64,000 nt of DNA from Candidatus Bathyarchaeota archaeon (GTDB lineage: Archaea > Thermoproteota > Bathyarchaeia > Bathyarchaeales > Bathycorpusculaceae), in the NCBI GenBank assembly GCA_963777155.1, contig CAVZPM010000009.1, positions 64,001 through 128,000 of the forward strand, read 5' to 3'. Each line of letters begins with the position of its first letter. Position 1 is the first letter of the stretch. The notes beneath the pieces are model-generated. The model was not told the DNA's origin. It saw only the letters and a list, made by a program, of their open reading frames with translations, and made no database searches. A program made the translations under genes and the position numbers. Shown here in pieces: positions 10,375-20,506 of the stretch.

Positions 10375-11033
10375 ACCTCGAACGTTTCTTATCTACGGTT
10401 GAGCCTCAACCTACACCCAAAGCCCATCTGGAACAATATACGACCTCTGAGCAGATCGCCGCCAACATGCTTTACATCGCTGCTTACTCGAACAGCGACA
10501 TCGTTGATAAGTCGGTGCTGGACCTAGGTTGCGGTACAGGTAGGCTTGCTTTGGGTGCCTGTTATCTTGGAGCAAAAGAAGTTATAGGCGTTGACGTCGA
10601 CTCGTTGGCCATTAAAACTGCCCATGAAAACTCTCACAATGCTGGTATGATGGATTGTATTCAATGGATTAACACCGATATTGGCTCGGTTGTGGGGTGT
10701 TTTGATACTGTTTTGATGAATCCGCCTTTTGGGGTTCAGACCCGAGAAGCTGACCGTGCGTTCTTGACCAAAGCTCTTGATGTTGGCAACGCAGTCTATT
10801 CGCTTCATAATCACCCAGAAGTTGACCAACGCTTGATTGGGCAGCTTAAGGGTAGTGGTGGGTTTTTGCAGGTGAAGTCTTCCCCGTTTCTGCAACGGTT
10901 CATCGAAAAAAATGGCGGTCTAGTCGTGGGTGTTTATGCTATGCTAATGACGATTCCCCGCATGTTTGATTTTCACAGAAAACTAAAGTATGATTTTGTC
11001 GTTGACTTATATATTATCCAAAAGAAATCTTAA
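10320..11033 (+). CDS. METTL5-family RNA methyltransferase
   Basis: LEQYTT, LDLGCGTGRL, MNPPFG, YSLH; conserved downstream of dph2. Confidence 0.9.
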   Translation: MWRGFMGEHAQKRLIRKLDLERFLSTVEPQPTPKAHLEQYTTSEQIAANMLYIAAYSNSDIVDKSVLDLGCGTGRLALGACYLGAKEVIGVDVDSLAIKTAHENSHNAGMMDCIQWINTDIGSVVGCFDTVLMNPPFGVQTREADRAFLTKALDVGNAVYSLHNHPEVDQRLIGQLKGSGGFLQVKSSPFLQRFIEKNGGLVVGVYAMLMTIPRMFDFHRKLKYDFVVDLYIIQKKS

Positions 11034-11147
11034 GCAACACCTGAAATTGTATTGTTGTTTAATAATCAAAAGGTTTATTGAGCAGAATGGAAACTAAGCA
11101 TATGCATTTATCAAAATCAAGCTTACTTTAAAGTAAAGGGAACCATC

Positions 11148-11729
11148 ATGAGTCTAAAATCTCCAGAAGAAAAAAGCGGTCATTTAGTGTTGCCTGGCGA
11201 ACGCTTAGGCGTTATTGAAGAATTTATTCCCGACGCTGGGACTTTTGTTAAAGACGGCGTTATCTATTCAAAGATAATTGGGCGGTCACTCGTAGATTTA
11301 CAGAACAGAAAAGTTTCGGTTTACCCCGTTGTTAAAGGCGTTGTTGTACCAAAAGTCTCCACCGTAGTAATTGGCCAAATTGGCAACGCTCAATCAGATA
11401 ACGTCTTGGTTAAAATCTTTAGAATTGGAGACAAAAGACTCTCAGGCAACTTCGGCGGCATCCTTCACGTTTCAGATGTCTCCGACAGATATGTTGACCA
11501 AATAAGTGACGTATGCAAACCAGGGGACATCATCAAAGCCAAAGTCATCAGCGAAAAAAACCAAGTCTTCCATCTATCAATGAACGACAAGGGCTTAGGT
11601 GTAGTGTATGGTTTCTGTTCGCGATGCGGAACCATGCTCGAACAACAAGGATACGACCTAAAATGCCCAAAAGACGGAAATATTGAAAGAAGAAAAATAG
11701 CTCCAGATTACGGCAAAGAACATCTCTAG
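11148..11729 (+). CDS. csl4: exosome RNA-binding subunit Csl4
   Basis: VLPGERLGVIEEF, S1 domain, LGVVYGFCSRCG zinc ribbon. Confidence 0.95.
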   Translation: MSLKSPEEKSGHLVLPGERLGVIEEFIPDAGTFVKDGVIYSKIIGRSLVDLQNRKVSVYPVVKGVVVPKVSTVVIGQIGNAQSDNVLVKIFRIGDKRLSGNFGGILHVSDVSDRYVDQISDVCKPGDIIKAKVISEKNQVFHLSMNDKGLGVVYGFCSRCGTMLEQQGYDLKCPKDGNIERRKIAPDYGKEHL

Positions 11730-11743
11730 GAAGGCGAAAAAGC

Positions 11744-12025
11744 ATGAAAATTAAAGTATTAAAGAAATCAGAAAATGAGCTAAAGATTGAAATCGAAGGC
11801 TCAAGTCATGGGCTTTGTAATCTTTTAGCTAAGCGACTTCTGGAAGACAAAAAAGTAGAGTTTGCAGGCTATGATGTGCCTCATCCTTTAGCTTCAAGCC
11901 CCATCATCTACCTTAGAATGAAAGGTGACAACAAGCCTGAGGAAGCTTTGATTGAGGCTACAGACAGAGTTCGGGAAGCGAATGACGCGTTCGGCAAAGA
12001 GTTGACCCGTGTTCTCAAAGCTTAA
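11744..12025 (+). CDS. rpoL: RNA polymerase subunit Rpo11 (L)
   Basis: GSSHGLCNLL, AGYDVPHPL; follows csl4. Confidence 0.95.
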   Translation: MKIKVLKKSENELKIEIEGSSHGLCNLLAKRLLEDKKVEFAGYDVPHPLASSPIIYLRMKGDNKPEEALIEATDRVREANDAFGKELTRVLKA

Positions 12026-12129
12026 CCCATTACATTTTTTCAATTCTCTTTATTTTATACATCTTTGAATTTGCTTAAAGGGCAGCGTGCTGCTATTTTT
12101 TTAATCCCCTACACTTTACTTATATTTAA

Positions 12130-12720
12130 GTGAAAAAGTTGGCCTGTCCAAAAAAGTTTCGAATAATAAAACCTGAAATCAGAGTGCTGGGCATAGATGA
12201 CGGAAAATTTATTCCGCGTTCCCAAGGCACGGTTATTGCAGTTGGCGTTGTTTTCCGAGGAGGCTGCTCCATTGATGGAGTCATGCATACAAACATTGTG
12301 ATTGACGGCTTAGAGGCCACAGAAAAGTTTGCCGCAATGATTAACAGTTCGCCTCACCACAAGCAACTGCGTCTAGTAATGTTAAACGGGATAACGTTTG
12401 CCGGTTTTAACATCGTTGATATCAAAAGATTGTATACTTCTACTGGTCTTCCTGTTTTAGCGTTGACTCACGACAAACCAGATATGGACGCGGTTTATGA
12501 AGCACTTAAAAACTTGCCAAATTCCGAGGAGCGTTGGAGATTGGTCGTCGAGGCAGGGGAAATATATGAAGTCATCAATAATGGGACTAAGATTTATCTG
12601 GAGTTAGCTGGAATTTCTCTTGCTGATGCACAAAAGATCATCCGATTAACTTCTACAAGGAGTTGTTTGCCTGAACCGCTACGGGTTGCTCATCTAATAG
12701 CTTCTGGAATTAGCCCTTAA
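12130..12720 (+). CDS. DUF99 family protein (endonuclease V-like fold)
   Basis: RVLGIDDG, GITFAGFNIVD, PEPLRVAHLIA. Confidence 0.9.
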   Translation: MKKLACPKKFRIIKPEIRVLGIDDGKFIPRSQGTVIAVGVVFRGGCSIDGVMHTNIVIDGLEATEKFAAMINSSPHHKQLRLVMLNGITFAGFNIVDIKRLYTSTGLPVLALTHDKPDMDAVYEALKNLPNSEERWRLVVEAGEIYEVINNGTKIYLELAGISLADAQKIIRLTSTRSCLPEPLRVAHLIASGISP

Positions 12721-12792
12721 CTAAGGCTAACCTAGAAAAAGTTTAAAAGGTACCATGCTAAGGGAATCCCAAAACGTTTGGAGTAACGGACT

Positions 12793-13149
12793 ATGGAATT
12801 CTGTCCAAAATGCGGTTCACGACTTGAGCCAAAGAAATCTAAAAGCGGTAAAGAAGCAACCTTAATTCTTGCCTGCCCTAAATGTGGTTATAAGAAGCCG
12901 GAAGCAGACAAAAAAGTCGAGCCTAAAGTGGCGCCCAAGGTAATTCAACATACTCCTCAGCAGTTTGTAGCTGTTATCGGCAAAGAGGAGCAGAAGCTGA
13001 GTACGTTACCGACGGTTCGTATCGAGTGCCCAAGATGTGGCAACAACACCGCTTATGTTTGGCAAGTGCAAACACGCGGCGCAGATGAATCTTCAACTCA
13101 ATTTCTACGTTGCACAAAATGCAATTACACCTATAGAGAATACAGCTAA
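12793..13149 (+). CDS. tfs: transcription factor S (TFS)
   Basis: MEFCPKCG N-terminal ribbon; CPRC...QTRGADES...CTKC C-terminal ribbon with the acidic DE hairpin. Confidence 0.95.
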   Translation: MEFCPKCGSRLEPKKSKSGKEATLILACPKCGYKKPEADKKVEPKVAPKVIQHTPQQFVAVIGKEEQKLSTLPTVRIECPRCGNNTAYVWQVQTRGADESSTQFLRCTKCNYTYREYS

Positions 13150-13246
13150 ACACTCTATTTTTCTCTCGTTTTTCTCTCGTCTTGCGGGACAGGTTTTAGT
13201 GTCGTTAGGCACATTGTTTTTTAAATTGACAATACATGGTTAATTT

Positions 13247-14311
13247 GTGCGCGGCATGAAAGACCCCATTTTACCCCAGAAAGACCATACGGCTATTTTC
13301 CTTAAACTTCTGCCGCTTATCGCATTCACGATTCCTTTGGTGCTTCTATTTATTCTAAACCCATTGGATCCATACCTAAACCTTTCCGCACAGGATTCTT
13401 TTCAGTCAATGTGGAAAGGACGAACTTTCCAATTATTCTTCATTTGGCTAGTAGCCCTCGAGTTTATTCTAAGTTGGGAAAACATTAAATTTACAATAAC
13501 CAAAAAGCAAAAAACAAGATTTGCTGCTTATGGTTTTGTTTTACTGCTTCCAACATTGTTTATTGTTTCAGAGTACTATTTAGGTTTGAATGGTGCCATT
13601 GCGACCCTGTCCGCACAAAACAGTGCTGCCTTTTCAGGCTCAATGCCTCTAGCTATTGAATACCTTGTCTTCTCACTTGTTTTTTGCCTGACTGTTTTTC
13701 TGTCTTTTGGGAAAAAAGGATTGACGGATTTTGTTTTACCCGCCCTGTTTGTTGGGATAGTCGGTTTCCTCTACACTATCGACAACTTTTTTCCTTATGG
13801 GCAGTTTACACCGTTTCAGTTGTTGGTTCCAACGACTGCTTCTTTTGCCGCGGGTTTTTTGAGTTTGATGGGGTACAATGTTATTTCGGGCACCGAGTTT
13901 GGAACTGGGATGCCGACTCTTCAGGTTACGGGTTCGTTGGGAACGGCGAAGTTTGCGATCGCATGGCCCTGTGCGGGCATAGAGAGTCTTCTTATCTTCA
14001 CGGCTGTGGCTTTGCTATTTTTGAAGAGGATGAACATTTCCTGGAAAGCAAAACTAAGTTTCTTTGTCTTCGGCGCAGTAGTAACATACTTCATTAATGT
14101 TTTGAGAATCGCAAATCTCTTCATCCTTGGAACCCAATATGGAGTAGAATCAAGTCAAGTGCAGTCATTCCACTTCTACCTTGGACCGCTCTACGCGATG
14201 GTATGGATTATCTCATACCCGATGATTATTCTCGCAAGCCTTGGTTTATGGGGAAAAATAAGAAGCAGAAATACTATGAAACCTCAACAAGTACAGCTAA
14301 ACCCTGCTTAA
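13247..14311 (+). CDS. archaeosortase/exosortase-family membrane transpeptidase
   Basis: multi-pass membrane protein with the Cys-Arg-His triad pattern: WPCAGIES, INVLRI, FHFYLG. Confidence 0.85.
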   Translation: MRGMKDPILPQKDHTAIFLKLLPLIAFTIPLVLLFILNPLDPYLNLSAQDSFQSMWKGRTFQLFFIWLVALEFILSWENIKFTITKKQKTRFAAYGFVLLLPTLFIVSEYYLGLNGAIATLSAQNSAAFSGSMPLAIEYLVFSLVFCLTVFLSFGKKGLTDFVLPALFVGIVGFLYTIDNFFPYGQFTPFQLLVPTTASFAAGFLSLMGYNVISGTEFGTGMPTLQVTGSLGTAKFAIAWPCAGIESLLIFTAVALLFLKRMNISWKAKLSFFVFGAVVTYFINVLRIANLFILGTQYGVESSQVQSFHFYLGPLYAMVWIISYPMIILASLGLWGKIRSRNTMKPQQVQLNPA

Positions 14312-14867
14312 CAAGTATCTGAGCGTTCTGAGGAGGAAGAGACGCAACATCCTCCGCTATAAAAGGACCATACGACTTCATATCTGCACCCATAATTGCG
14401 GGAATGCTCTTAAGAAACCGAATTGTAGACCGTTTGGAGACTATGGGAGAGGCATTTTCGGTTTTAACAACAATTCTTGAAGTCTTGTCTGGTTCAGTTA
14501 TTTGAGTAATTTGTCCCAGCATTAATTCGTCAGCGAATTTGTGGTAGGTTTTGGTGAAGTCGGCAAAGGTTTCAACCATCCGAGTCTCTTCGTTTGTCAG
14601 CAACCCAACTGGCGTTTTTTGGTTTTTGGTTATATTTTTGATGAGTTTTCGGTATCTTGTCTCAAGTAGTTCCTTTAGCATCCGTTCAACGTTAGCGGAC
14701 TCATGTAAAAGCAGGTTCATCTTAACGGATTTTTTGTCAAGAATTTTGTCTTCATCTTTTATATGCTGCAGGTACTCACTGATTTTAACATAGAAGTCAG
14801 GCGGTAGGGCTCCAAGTGTGGGGTCGTCGATTTCTCTTTGCCAAGCAGCGTAAAGTTGATTATACAT
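14274..14867 (-). CDS. gins51: GINS subunit Gins51 (Gins15)
   Basis: LPPDFY, RYRKL A-domain; C-terminal B-domain IPAIMGADMKSYGPF..EDVASLP..NA..LVKQG; downstream of priS. Confidence 0.9.
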   Translation of the reverse strand: MYNQLYAAWQREIDDPTLGALPPDFYVKISEYLQHIKDEDKILDKKSVKMNLLLHESANVERMLKELLETRYRKLIKNITKNQKTPVGLLTNEETRMVETFADFTKTYHKFADELMLGQITQITEPDKTSRIVVKTENASPIVSKRSTIRFLKSIPAIMGADMKSYGPFIAEDVASLPPQNAQILVKQGLAVLVEVS

Positions 14868-16093
14868 TACTTGGCCACCTCAGCTCTTCTCTTACAGATA
14901 AGCATAACAGCTGCAGCAGTCGGCAACTCAACAGTCTGATTCTTATATGGCCCCAATGTTTCCCCACTCAACTTGAACTCTGGCGCATCAAACACCAACA
15001 CTTTAGCTTTGCCCTTTTTAAAAGCTACCGCTCCCGTGAAGGGGTCAAAGTCCTGCAGGTTTTTGGCTGGGAGCTCAACTTTTTTAAGTCCTGTTTTTCC
15101 ATGCAAGGTGCCATTCATGCGGATTAGGCGGTGGATGTCGGTGGTGACGACGGTGTCGATCTTTGAAGATTGTTTCTCTCGGATGTGCTCGGCTAGTTTT
15201 AACCATGTTTGAACGCTTATGCCGTTGATGCTTTCCCACCTGCCCTCGTTTATGGCTCGCTTAATAATGGCGTTCTTGTTATCCATAAGCGATTTATTCT
15301 TTAAGCCAACAGCTCTGAGGTCTTCTTTTGTGGCGTTTAAAAGAAAATCCTGCATTCCCAGCTTCAGGCGTTTATTCCAACCGAAATTGTGCAAACTAAA
15401 CTTCTTGGTCGCGGAACGTTTTCCACGTTTTTCTCTGGCTTCTTTATCAAATATGTTAATACCCAGTCCTGTGACGTAGTCGACGATTTCTTTGCGTGCC
15501 ATCGCATCTAGCGACCTTACATTTTCAGTTTCAACGTGCACGTGATATCCTCGGTGCCCAGAAAAATAGACATGCAATTCATCTTGGGAAAACCCAAAAT
15601 CATTCTCTAGCATATCAAGCAGTTTGGCAGTTTCGTCACGGGCGGATTGAATACACAAATCGCAAGCCCAAATTTTGGTTTCAAACTTTGTTGCTTCACA
15701 GCATGGGCAAACTTCTGGGGTGATTCCTCTTCCTTCGAAACTGCATTTTACACATTTAAATTCATCGTGGATTTTGTTACATGTAGTTGGGATGTGGTCT
15801 GCGTCTATGTCGAAGACCAGATCGGAACCTATCCAACATTTTTTGTCCATGTCAAAGTCTGGGTTTTCATAGTAGGCGCAACTATGGTAGACGTCGGAGG
15901 GCACGGTTTCGGCAAGGGTTACTCTTAGGCTACTCATGCTACTGAACCTTCTGTGCCGAACCATGAAGCGCTCCTTGAACATGAGATAGCCGAATTCCCG
16001 TTGCTCAAGCATGGAGACAGCAGGAACTGTTGTTGAGGGATCCTGGTAATACTCCGTGAATTTTTGATAAACGTATTCTCGAGAAGCCTCCAT
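14867..16093 (-). CDS. priS: DNA primase catalytic subunit PriS
   Basis: QREFG, LVFDIDAD, YFSGHRGYHVH, IDTVVTTDIHRLIR..GTLHGKTG. Confidence 0.96.
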   Translation of the reverse strand: MEASREYVYQKFTEYYQDPSTTVPAVSMLEQREFGYLMFKERFMVRHRRFSSMSSLRVTLAETVPSDVYHSCAYYENPDFDMDKKCWIGSDLVFDIDADHIPTTCNKIHDEFKCVKCSFEGRGITPEVCPCCEATKFETKIWACDLCIQSARDETAKLLDMLENDFGFSQDELHVYFSGHRGYHVHVETENVRSLDAMARKEIVDYVTGLGINIFDKEAREKRGKRSATKKFSLHNFGWNKRLKLGMQDFLLNATKEDLRAVGLKNKSLMDNKNAIIKRAINEGRWESINGISVQTWLKLAEHIREKQSSKIDTVVTTDIHRLIRMNGTLHGKTGLKKVELPAKNLQDFDPFTGAVAFKKGKAKVLVFDAPEFKLSGETLGPYKNQTVELPTAAAVMLICKRRAEVAK

Positions 16094-16173
16094 ACCCTAC
16101 CCTCTTCTTAACACAGTAATACTCGATTGTCTTAAATTTAACCTATACCAAAAAAATCGTACTGCTCATCCCA

Positions 16174-17844
16174 CTATAATTTGGGTATTGTTTGGAAGGA
16201 ACCTAAAAACTGAATGGGATTACCACTGAAGCAGAGCATTAAGATCATAAAGATCAGCCAGAGGATGGTAACCTCGAACTCTTTTTTGCGTTGAGGAATC
16301 AACGCATAGACAAAAATATACGGTATATACCAGTATTGGAAGTAAGGCAGTATAAAACTGGGTAAAAGCAGGAAAATCGCTGATAAGGAAAGGAAACTGT
16401 TTTTGTTAAGCATGTAAGTTGCATAAATCAATGTGACTGCAAGGGTTATCAAAATACCTGCGGCTTGGTAGTTCCAGGCGAATTTAGAGTGAGGAGCGAA
16501 AGCGTTGATGGCATTCATGACTAACTCCGTTCTGGTTTGCATCATGAACGGTGCACTCAAGTAAGCCGTAAACCCACTGATCCCCAGTAGTATTATTCCT
16601 AAAAAAACCGCTTTGTTTCGGATGAAGCTTTCAAGATTGTTTTTTTCAAGCATTTTCATTAGACCAACGATAATGATTGGCAAGAGAAAAATGCCCGCCT
16701 GGTACTTGAAAAAGATAGAAATTCCAATGAGCAAAATGAAATAGTCGTAGTGTTCACCCAAAAACATAGTTACCGCAAGCAAGGCAAAGAGAAATGCTAT
16801 TGAATCATACATGCCGCCGGCGGCGTAAAGTACCAGCGACACGTAAATGATGTATAGGCCTGCTATTTTCCAGAATAAATGCGAATTTTTCTTAAGATAA
16901 GCGCTAAGGATGAAGTAGAGGCAAATGTGGGCGAAGAATAGGAAAAGGGCTATTTCAAGTTTGTAAACTAGAACGGGGTCTAAACCGTTCTGAAGCAGGA
17001 TGCCAAATGGCAGAAAAAGTAGGATGCTGCCCAAAGGGTATAGGTGTGGCATTTCTGGCCAAGTTACAAACATGTAGTGTGAGCTGTCTTGGCTTGATAA
17101 AGTTCCTAAAGGCTGGCTAAACACTGAAAAGCCATCTTTGAGAAACAGGGTGGAAACATAACTGTCTCTGACGTGGTCGGTATACCAATTATTGAATGTC
17201 GCAAGAGGATTGGTGTTTACTGATAAAAGAATAAGCCAAAGAACCAACGATAACAAGAGAAGAGCCAACAGGCGGTTGCGGAAGGTCTTGTTAGGAGATC
17301 GTGAAGAAGGCATGTCTTCTAATTTTTCTGTGAGCTTGGGATATGCCCATTTCAATAGGATAATCAGAGCGGAACCTGAGCTTAGTAGAAATATGATCTT
17401 TGCTGAAGTGGCAAGCCAGGAGAACGGGTAGAGGACTTGTGGTTTCTCAACTGTTGCTATAAGGTGGACCCAGCTCGCGTTTGATGTGTTAGAGTAGAAA
17501 ACTACTTCATCATAATTCGGACCTGCAATGAAGGAGTAGGTGATGTTTTGGTCTACTGAGTTTGAGTAGATTGTAGAGTTGGAGTTTACGATGGAAAAGT
17601 TTTTCATGAAGGAAGTAGGGCAGTCAATTGTTACTGTGATGTTTTCTCCGCCGTGGAACGCTCCTATGCCCTGTCTATACATTTCGTTTTGGCTTAATCT
17701 GAAAGAATAGTCTATAACCGTGTTTTTTTGATTGTTGCCTGTAACGACTGGAAACAGGCTTACGACCGACAGAACTATGCCTAGGGCCAAAAACACCAAA
17801 GCGACTAAAAGAAATATTTTAGCCAAGCTATGCCTCTTCGTCAA
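16174..17844 (-). CDS. multi-pass membrane protein, probable GT-C fold (lipid-phosphate-sugar dependent) glycosyltransferase with N-terminal extracytoplasmic domain
   Basis: about a dozen hydrophobic segments; loop motifs WYTDHVRDSY, HLYPLG, MYDS, FFKYQ typical of GT-C enzymes; co-oriented with the DPM1-like gene. Confidence 0.6.
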   Translation of the reverse strand: MTKRHSLAKIFLLVALVFLALGIVLSVVSLFPVVTGNNQKNTVIDYSFRLSQNEMYRQGIGAFHGGENITVTIDCPTSFMKNFSIVNSNSTIYSNSVDQNITYSFIAGPNYDEVVFYSNTSNASWVHLIATVEKPQVLYPFSWLATSAKIIFLLSSGSALIILLKWAYPKLTEKLEDMPSSRSPNKTFRNRLLALLLLSLVLWLILLSVNTNPLATFNNWYTDHVRDSYVSTLFLKDGFSVFSQPLGTLSSQDSSHYMFVTWPEMPHLYPLGSILLFLPFGILLQNGLDPVLVYKLEIALFLFFAHICLYFILSAYLKKNSHLFWKIAGLYIIYVSLVLYAAGGMYDSIAFLFALLAVTMFLGEHYDYFILLIGISIFFKYQAGIFLLPIIIVGLMKMLEKNNLESFIRNKAVFLGIILLGISGFTAYLSAPFMMQTRTELVMNAINAFAPHSKFAWNYQAAGILITLAVTLIYATYMLNKNSFLSLSAIFLLLPSFILPYFQYWYIPYIFVYALIPQRKKEFEVTILWLIFMILMLCFSGNPIQFLGSFQTIPKL

Positions 17845-17918
17845 ACTGCCCCCTTCATGGATAACAACTGTAGGTATTATTTTCTGCTATAAAAACAAAA
17901 AAGCGTTAACCCGTGGCA

Positions 17919-18683
17919 TTACGAGCGCCAGGCTGTCTTCATAGTATACGAAAGGTAGCTTTTCACTTCGGTCCATGAAAGCTTGGATTTTCCCCGTTTT
18001 CTGTTAACAAACAGAATAGGCGTTTCTTTCATGTTAAAATGTCTTAGCGATGCCTGTCTTATGGTCTCAATTTGGATTTCGTAGGTGTGGCTGTGCAGGT
18101 TGCTTATTGCTTCTTTAAGGAATTCTGTGGAGTAACAGCGAAATCCGCTTGTGCAATCCTTCAGTTTTAAACCAAGAGATGCTCTGGCGATGAAGTTGGC
18201 AGTTTTGCTAATTATTTTTCTCGAAAAGGGCCAACCAGTGATTTTGCCTCCCTTGACATATCTGCTGCCAATAACTATTGCGCAGTTGCATTCAGTCATT
18301 CTGGCTAGAAGCCGGGGTATATCTTGTGGATTATGGGAGTAATCGGCATCCATCGTAAAAACGTACCTAGGGGATTTTTCAGCTGACAGAAAGATTTTGA
18401 AGCCATCAGTTATAGCTGTGCCCAACCCTGTCTTTTTGGGTCGAACATGAAGCATGACGTTGGGGTATTGGTTCTGCTTTTGCTTTACAATATCGGCGGT
18501 TCCGTCGGGGCTGGAATCATCAATTACCAGAATCGACGCATTTATCTTTAAGTTTTCAATGTCGTCGATTAATTTCGCTATGTTTTCGGCCTCTCCATAA
18601 GTTGGAAGAATCACGCCGACCTGTGAGCTACTCATGGGGTTACCAATTAATGGATAAGACATAAAAAATTTTGCCATCCTCAC
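17919..18683 (-). CDS. polyprenol monophosphomannose synthase (DPM1-like GT2)
   Basis: ILPTYGEAENI, IDDSSPDGT, MDADYSHNP, IGSRYVKGG, DCTSGFRCY, RKRGKSKL. Confidence 0.9.
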   Translation of the reverse strand: MRMAKFFMSYPLIGNPMSSSQVGVILPTYGEAENIAKLIDDIENLKINASILVIDDSSPDGTADIVKQKQNQYPNVMLHVRPKKTGLGTAITDGFKIFLSAEKSPRYVFTMDADYSHNPQDIPRLLARMTECNCAIVIGSRYVKGGKITGWPFSRKIISKTANFIARASLGLKLKDCTSGFRCYSTEFLKEAISNLHSHTYEIQIETIRQASLRHFNMKETPILFVNRKRGKSKLSWTEVKSYLSYTMKTAWRS

Positions 18684-18715
18684 AAGAGTCTAATGACCCA
18701 ATAAATCCTAGCAAG

Positions 18716-19741
18716 TCACTCCACCTTAGACATCGTCTTTTGTTTTCTTTTATAATACTGCAACGGGTGATAAATCCGGCGGCACAGTTCATCCCGGTTT
18801 CTACATACGCTATGTGTTTGCAAAACTGAGCATTGGGGGCATATGTACTTTGTTCCTGACCCGCGTTCACCTGCTATGTGCTCAATTTGGTAGCGGGTTA
18901 AACGTTCGTTGTAATCTGAGAAGGTTCTAAACATGTCGTTTAACCCCTCAGGAGTCATCCCAATGTTCACTAGAAACGATGTTAAGGTGAAACGTCCGAT
19001 GTGGGAGAGATGATGGGCTTGGGCGGCATCTGCATAGAGCGCATTTATACATGGTGGAAAAGCCGCTTGGACAACAACTTTGGGCATTTCCTCGATTTCT
19101 TGGCCCATTATTTCCTGCGCCAACTTCAATAACGCTTCAGCGATCAAAGTAATTTCTTTGGGAAGATTTCTTATTTCTGAAACATCAAGCCTTTTCTCTA
19201 CCCGATCCTTTACTTCCTCCTGAAGCAGACGAACAACCTTATCTTTATTTAGATAAACCATGCCCTTATCCATGATTTGGTTAACAAGCTTCCATTCAGA
19301 ACCATGCATGTGAGCAGCATTTTTCAAGTAAAAATTAAAACCTACACGAAAATCCTTGCCCACAATTCCCTCACAAATGTCCCAATCAAAGTCTCGGGCA
19401 ATAGCGGAAATTTTTCCTTTACTTTCACCAAGCAATTGTCCATGTGTTGTTTTTGCAACAGCTAAAGCATATCTTTTTTTTATCCATGAATTCTTAGTCG
19501 CTATAACCAAAATTAGTGCTGCCGCAAAAGAGGAAATTTCAGCCCTTCTATCCCTAACTGCTTCTCCAGTATTAACTTCCAAGATTGCTTTTTCTACGCG
19601 TTCTTGGGCACGGTTAAAAACTGGCTCTTCTGAAGACAAGGTCCCAATCGTAAATTGAAGTTCTTCTATCTGTTTGGATGCTTGTTTTAAAAAAGGGTAT
19701 TTGGCAAAATCTTCAGAAGATAATGCCGATTCCATCTGCAA
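18716..19741 (-). CDS. priL: DNA primase large subunit PriL
   Basis: AKYPF, FPPCI, HLSHIGRF, YQIEHIAG, YICPQC....C Fe-S domain. Confidence 0.95.
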   Translation of the reverse strand: MQMESALSSEDFAKYPFLKQASKQIEELQFTIGTLSSEEPVFNRAQERVEKAILEVNTGEAVRDRRAEISSFAAALILVIATKNSWIKKRYALAVAKTTHGQLLGESKGKISAIARDFDWDICEGIVGKDFRVGFNFYLKNAAHMHGSEWKLVNQIMDKGMVYLNKDKVVRLLQEEVKDRVEKRLDVSEIRNLPKEITLIAEALLKLAQEIMGQEIEEMPKVVVQAAFPPCINALYADAAQAHHLSHIGRFTLTSFLVNIGMTPEGLNDMFRTFSDYNERLTRYQIEHIAGERGSGTKYICPQCSVLQTHSVCRNRDELCRRIYHPLQYYKRKQKTMSKVE

Positions 19742-19750
19742 TTGGCGTCA

Positions 19751-20506
19751 TTACTCGGTTTCGATTCTTGGCGCCAAGAAGAAAGTTAACTTTCCCTCTT
19801 TTGTCTGCTGGAAGTCTATTCTCACGGGCATGTCGGAGGAGAACTCGAGGGTTGCGATGTCTGAGGTTGCTGAAGCTGCTTTTATTATTTCGGAGAGGTA
19901 GCTTAAGCTGAATGTTGCCTTAGCTTTCTCTTTAACTTCCAAATCGAGCAGTGCGTCGTTGCCTTTCTGCAAAGTGATGGTTGCACCCATTAAGTCGCCT
20001 GAAGCGCTGAGCGTCAGTTTTTCTGGCTCCGCCTCAATCTTAACGTGGTCGCTTACGAGCTGAGCGTCTTCGATTGCTTGGCTTAACCCTTGGGTTGTGG
20101 TTTTAGCTTTAACGTTGAAGCTTATTTTTGGAGTGGGAACTTCTTCTTCGGAGGCTTCAAGTGTTGGCATCGTAAAGTTTCTGCTGTACTTGCCAGTTAT
20201 CGCTACTAGTAATCGTCCTGTTTTGTCGTCAAGGGCAAGTTCAACGGCTTCTTCTTTGCCTGCACGTTTGAGGAGTTTTAGAAGCTCGCTTATGTTGAGA
20301 CAGATTTTTGTTGGCTCGGTGCAGATGAATTCTTGGAAGATGGATTTTGGCCATTCAAAATCAATCATGGCGACGCGTGATGGGTCCATTGCGCGGAGTT
20401 TTAAGCCTTCAAGGTCGATTTTAAAAGTTGCTTCGTCAACTAGAATTGAGATGGCGGTTGCCATGTCTCTTAGGAGTTTTGCGTCAGACACTTTAAGCTT
20501 GAACAT
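19751..20506 (-). CDS. pcn: DNA polymerase sliding clamp PCNA
   Basis: RAMDPSRVAMID, FSLSYL, C-terminal FFLAPRIE. Confidence 0.97.
   Translation of the reverse strand: MFKLKVSDAKLLRDMATAISILVDEATFKIDLEGLKLRAMDPSRVAMIDFEWPKSIFQEFICTEPTKICLNISELLKLLKRAGKEEAVELALDDKTGRLLVAITGKYSRNFTMPTLEASEEEVPTPKISFNVKAKTTTQGLSQAIEDAQLVSDHVKIEAEPEKLTLSASGDLMGATITLQKGNDALLDLEVKEKAKATFSLSYLSEIIKAASATSDIATLEFSSDMPVRIDFQQTKEGKLTFFLAPRIETE

Noticed and set aside
13155-13182. Tandem ttttctctcgt repeat after tfs
   Set aside because: Only two copies; best explained as a pyrimidine-rich terminator, not a repeat array.
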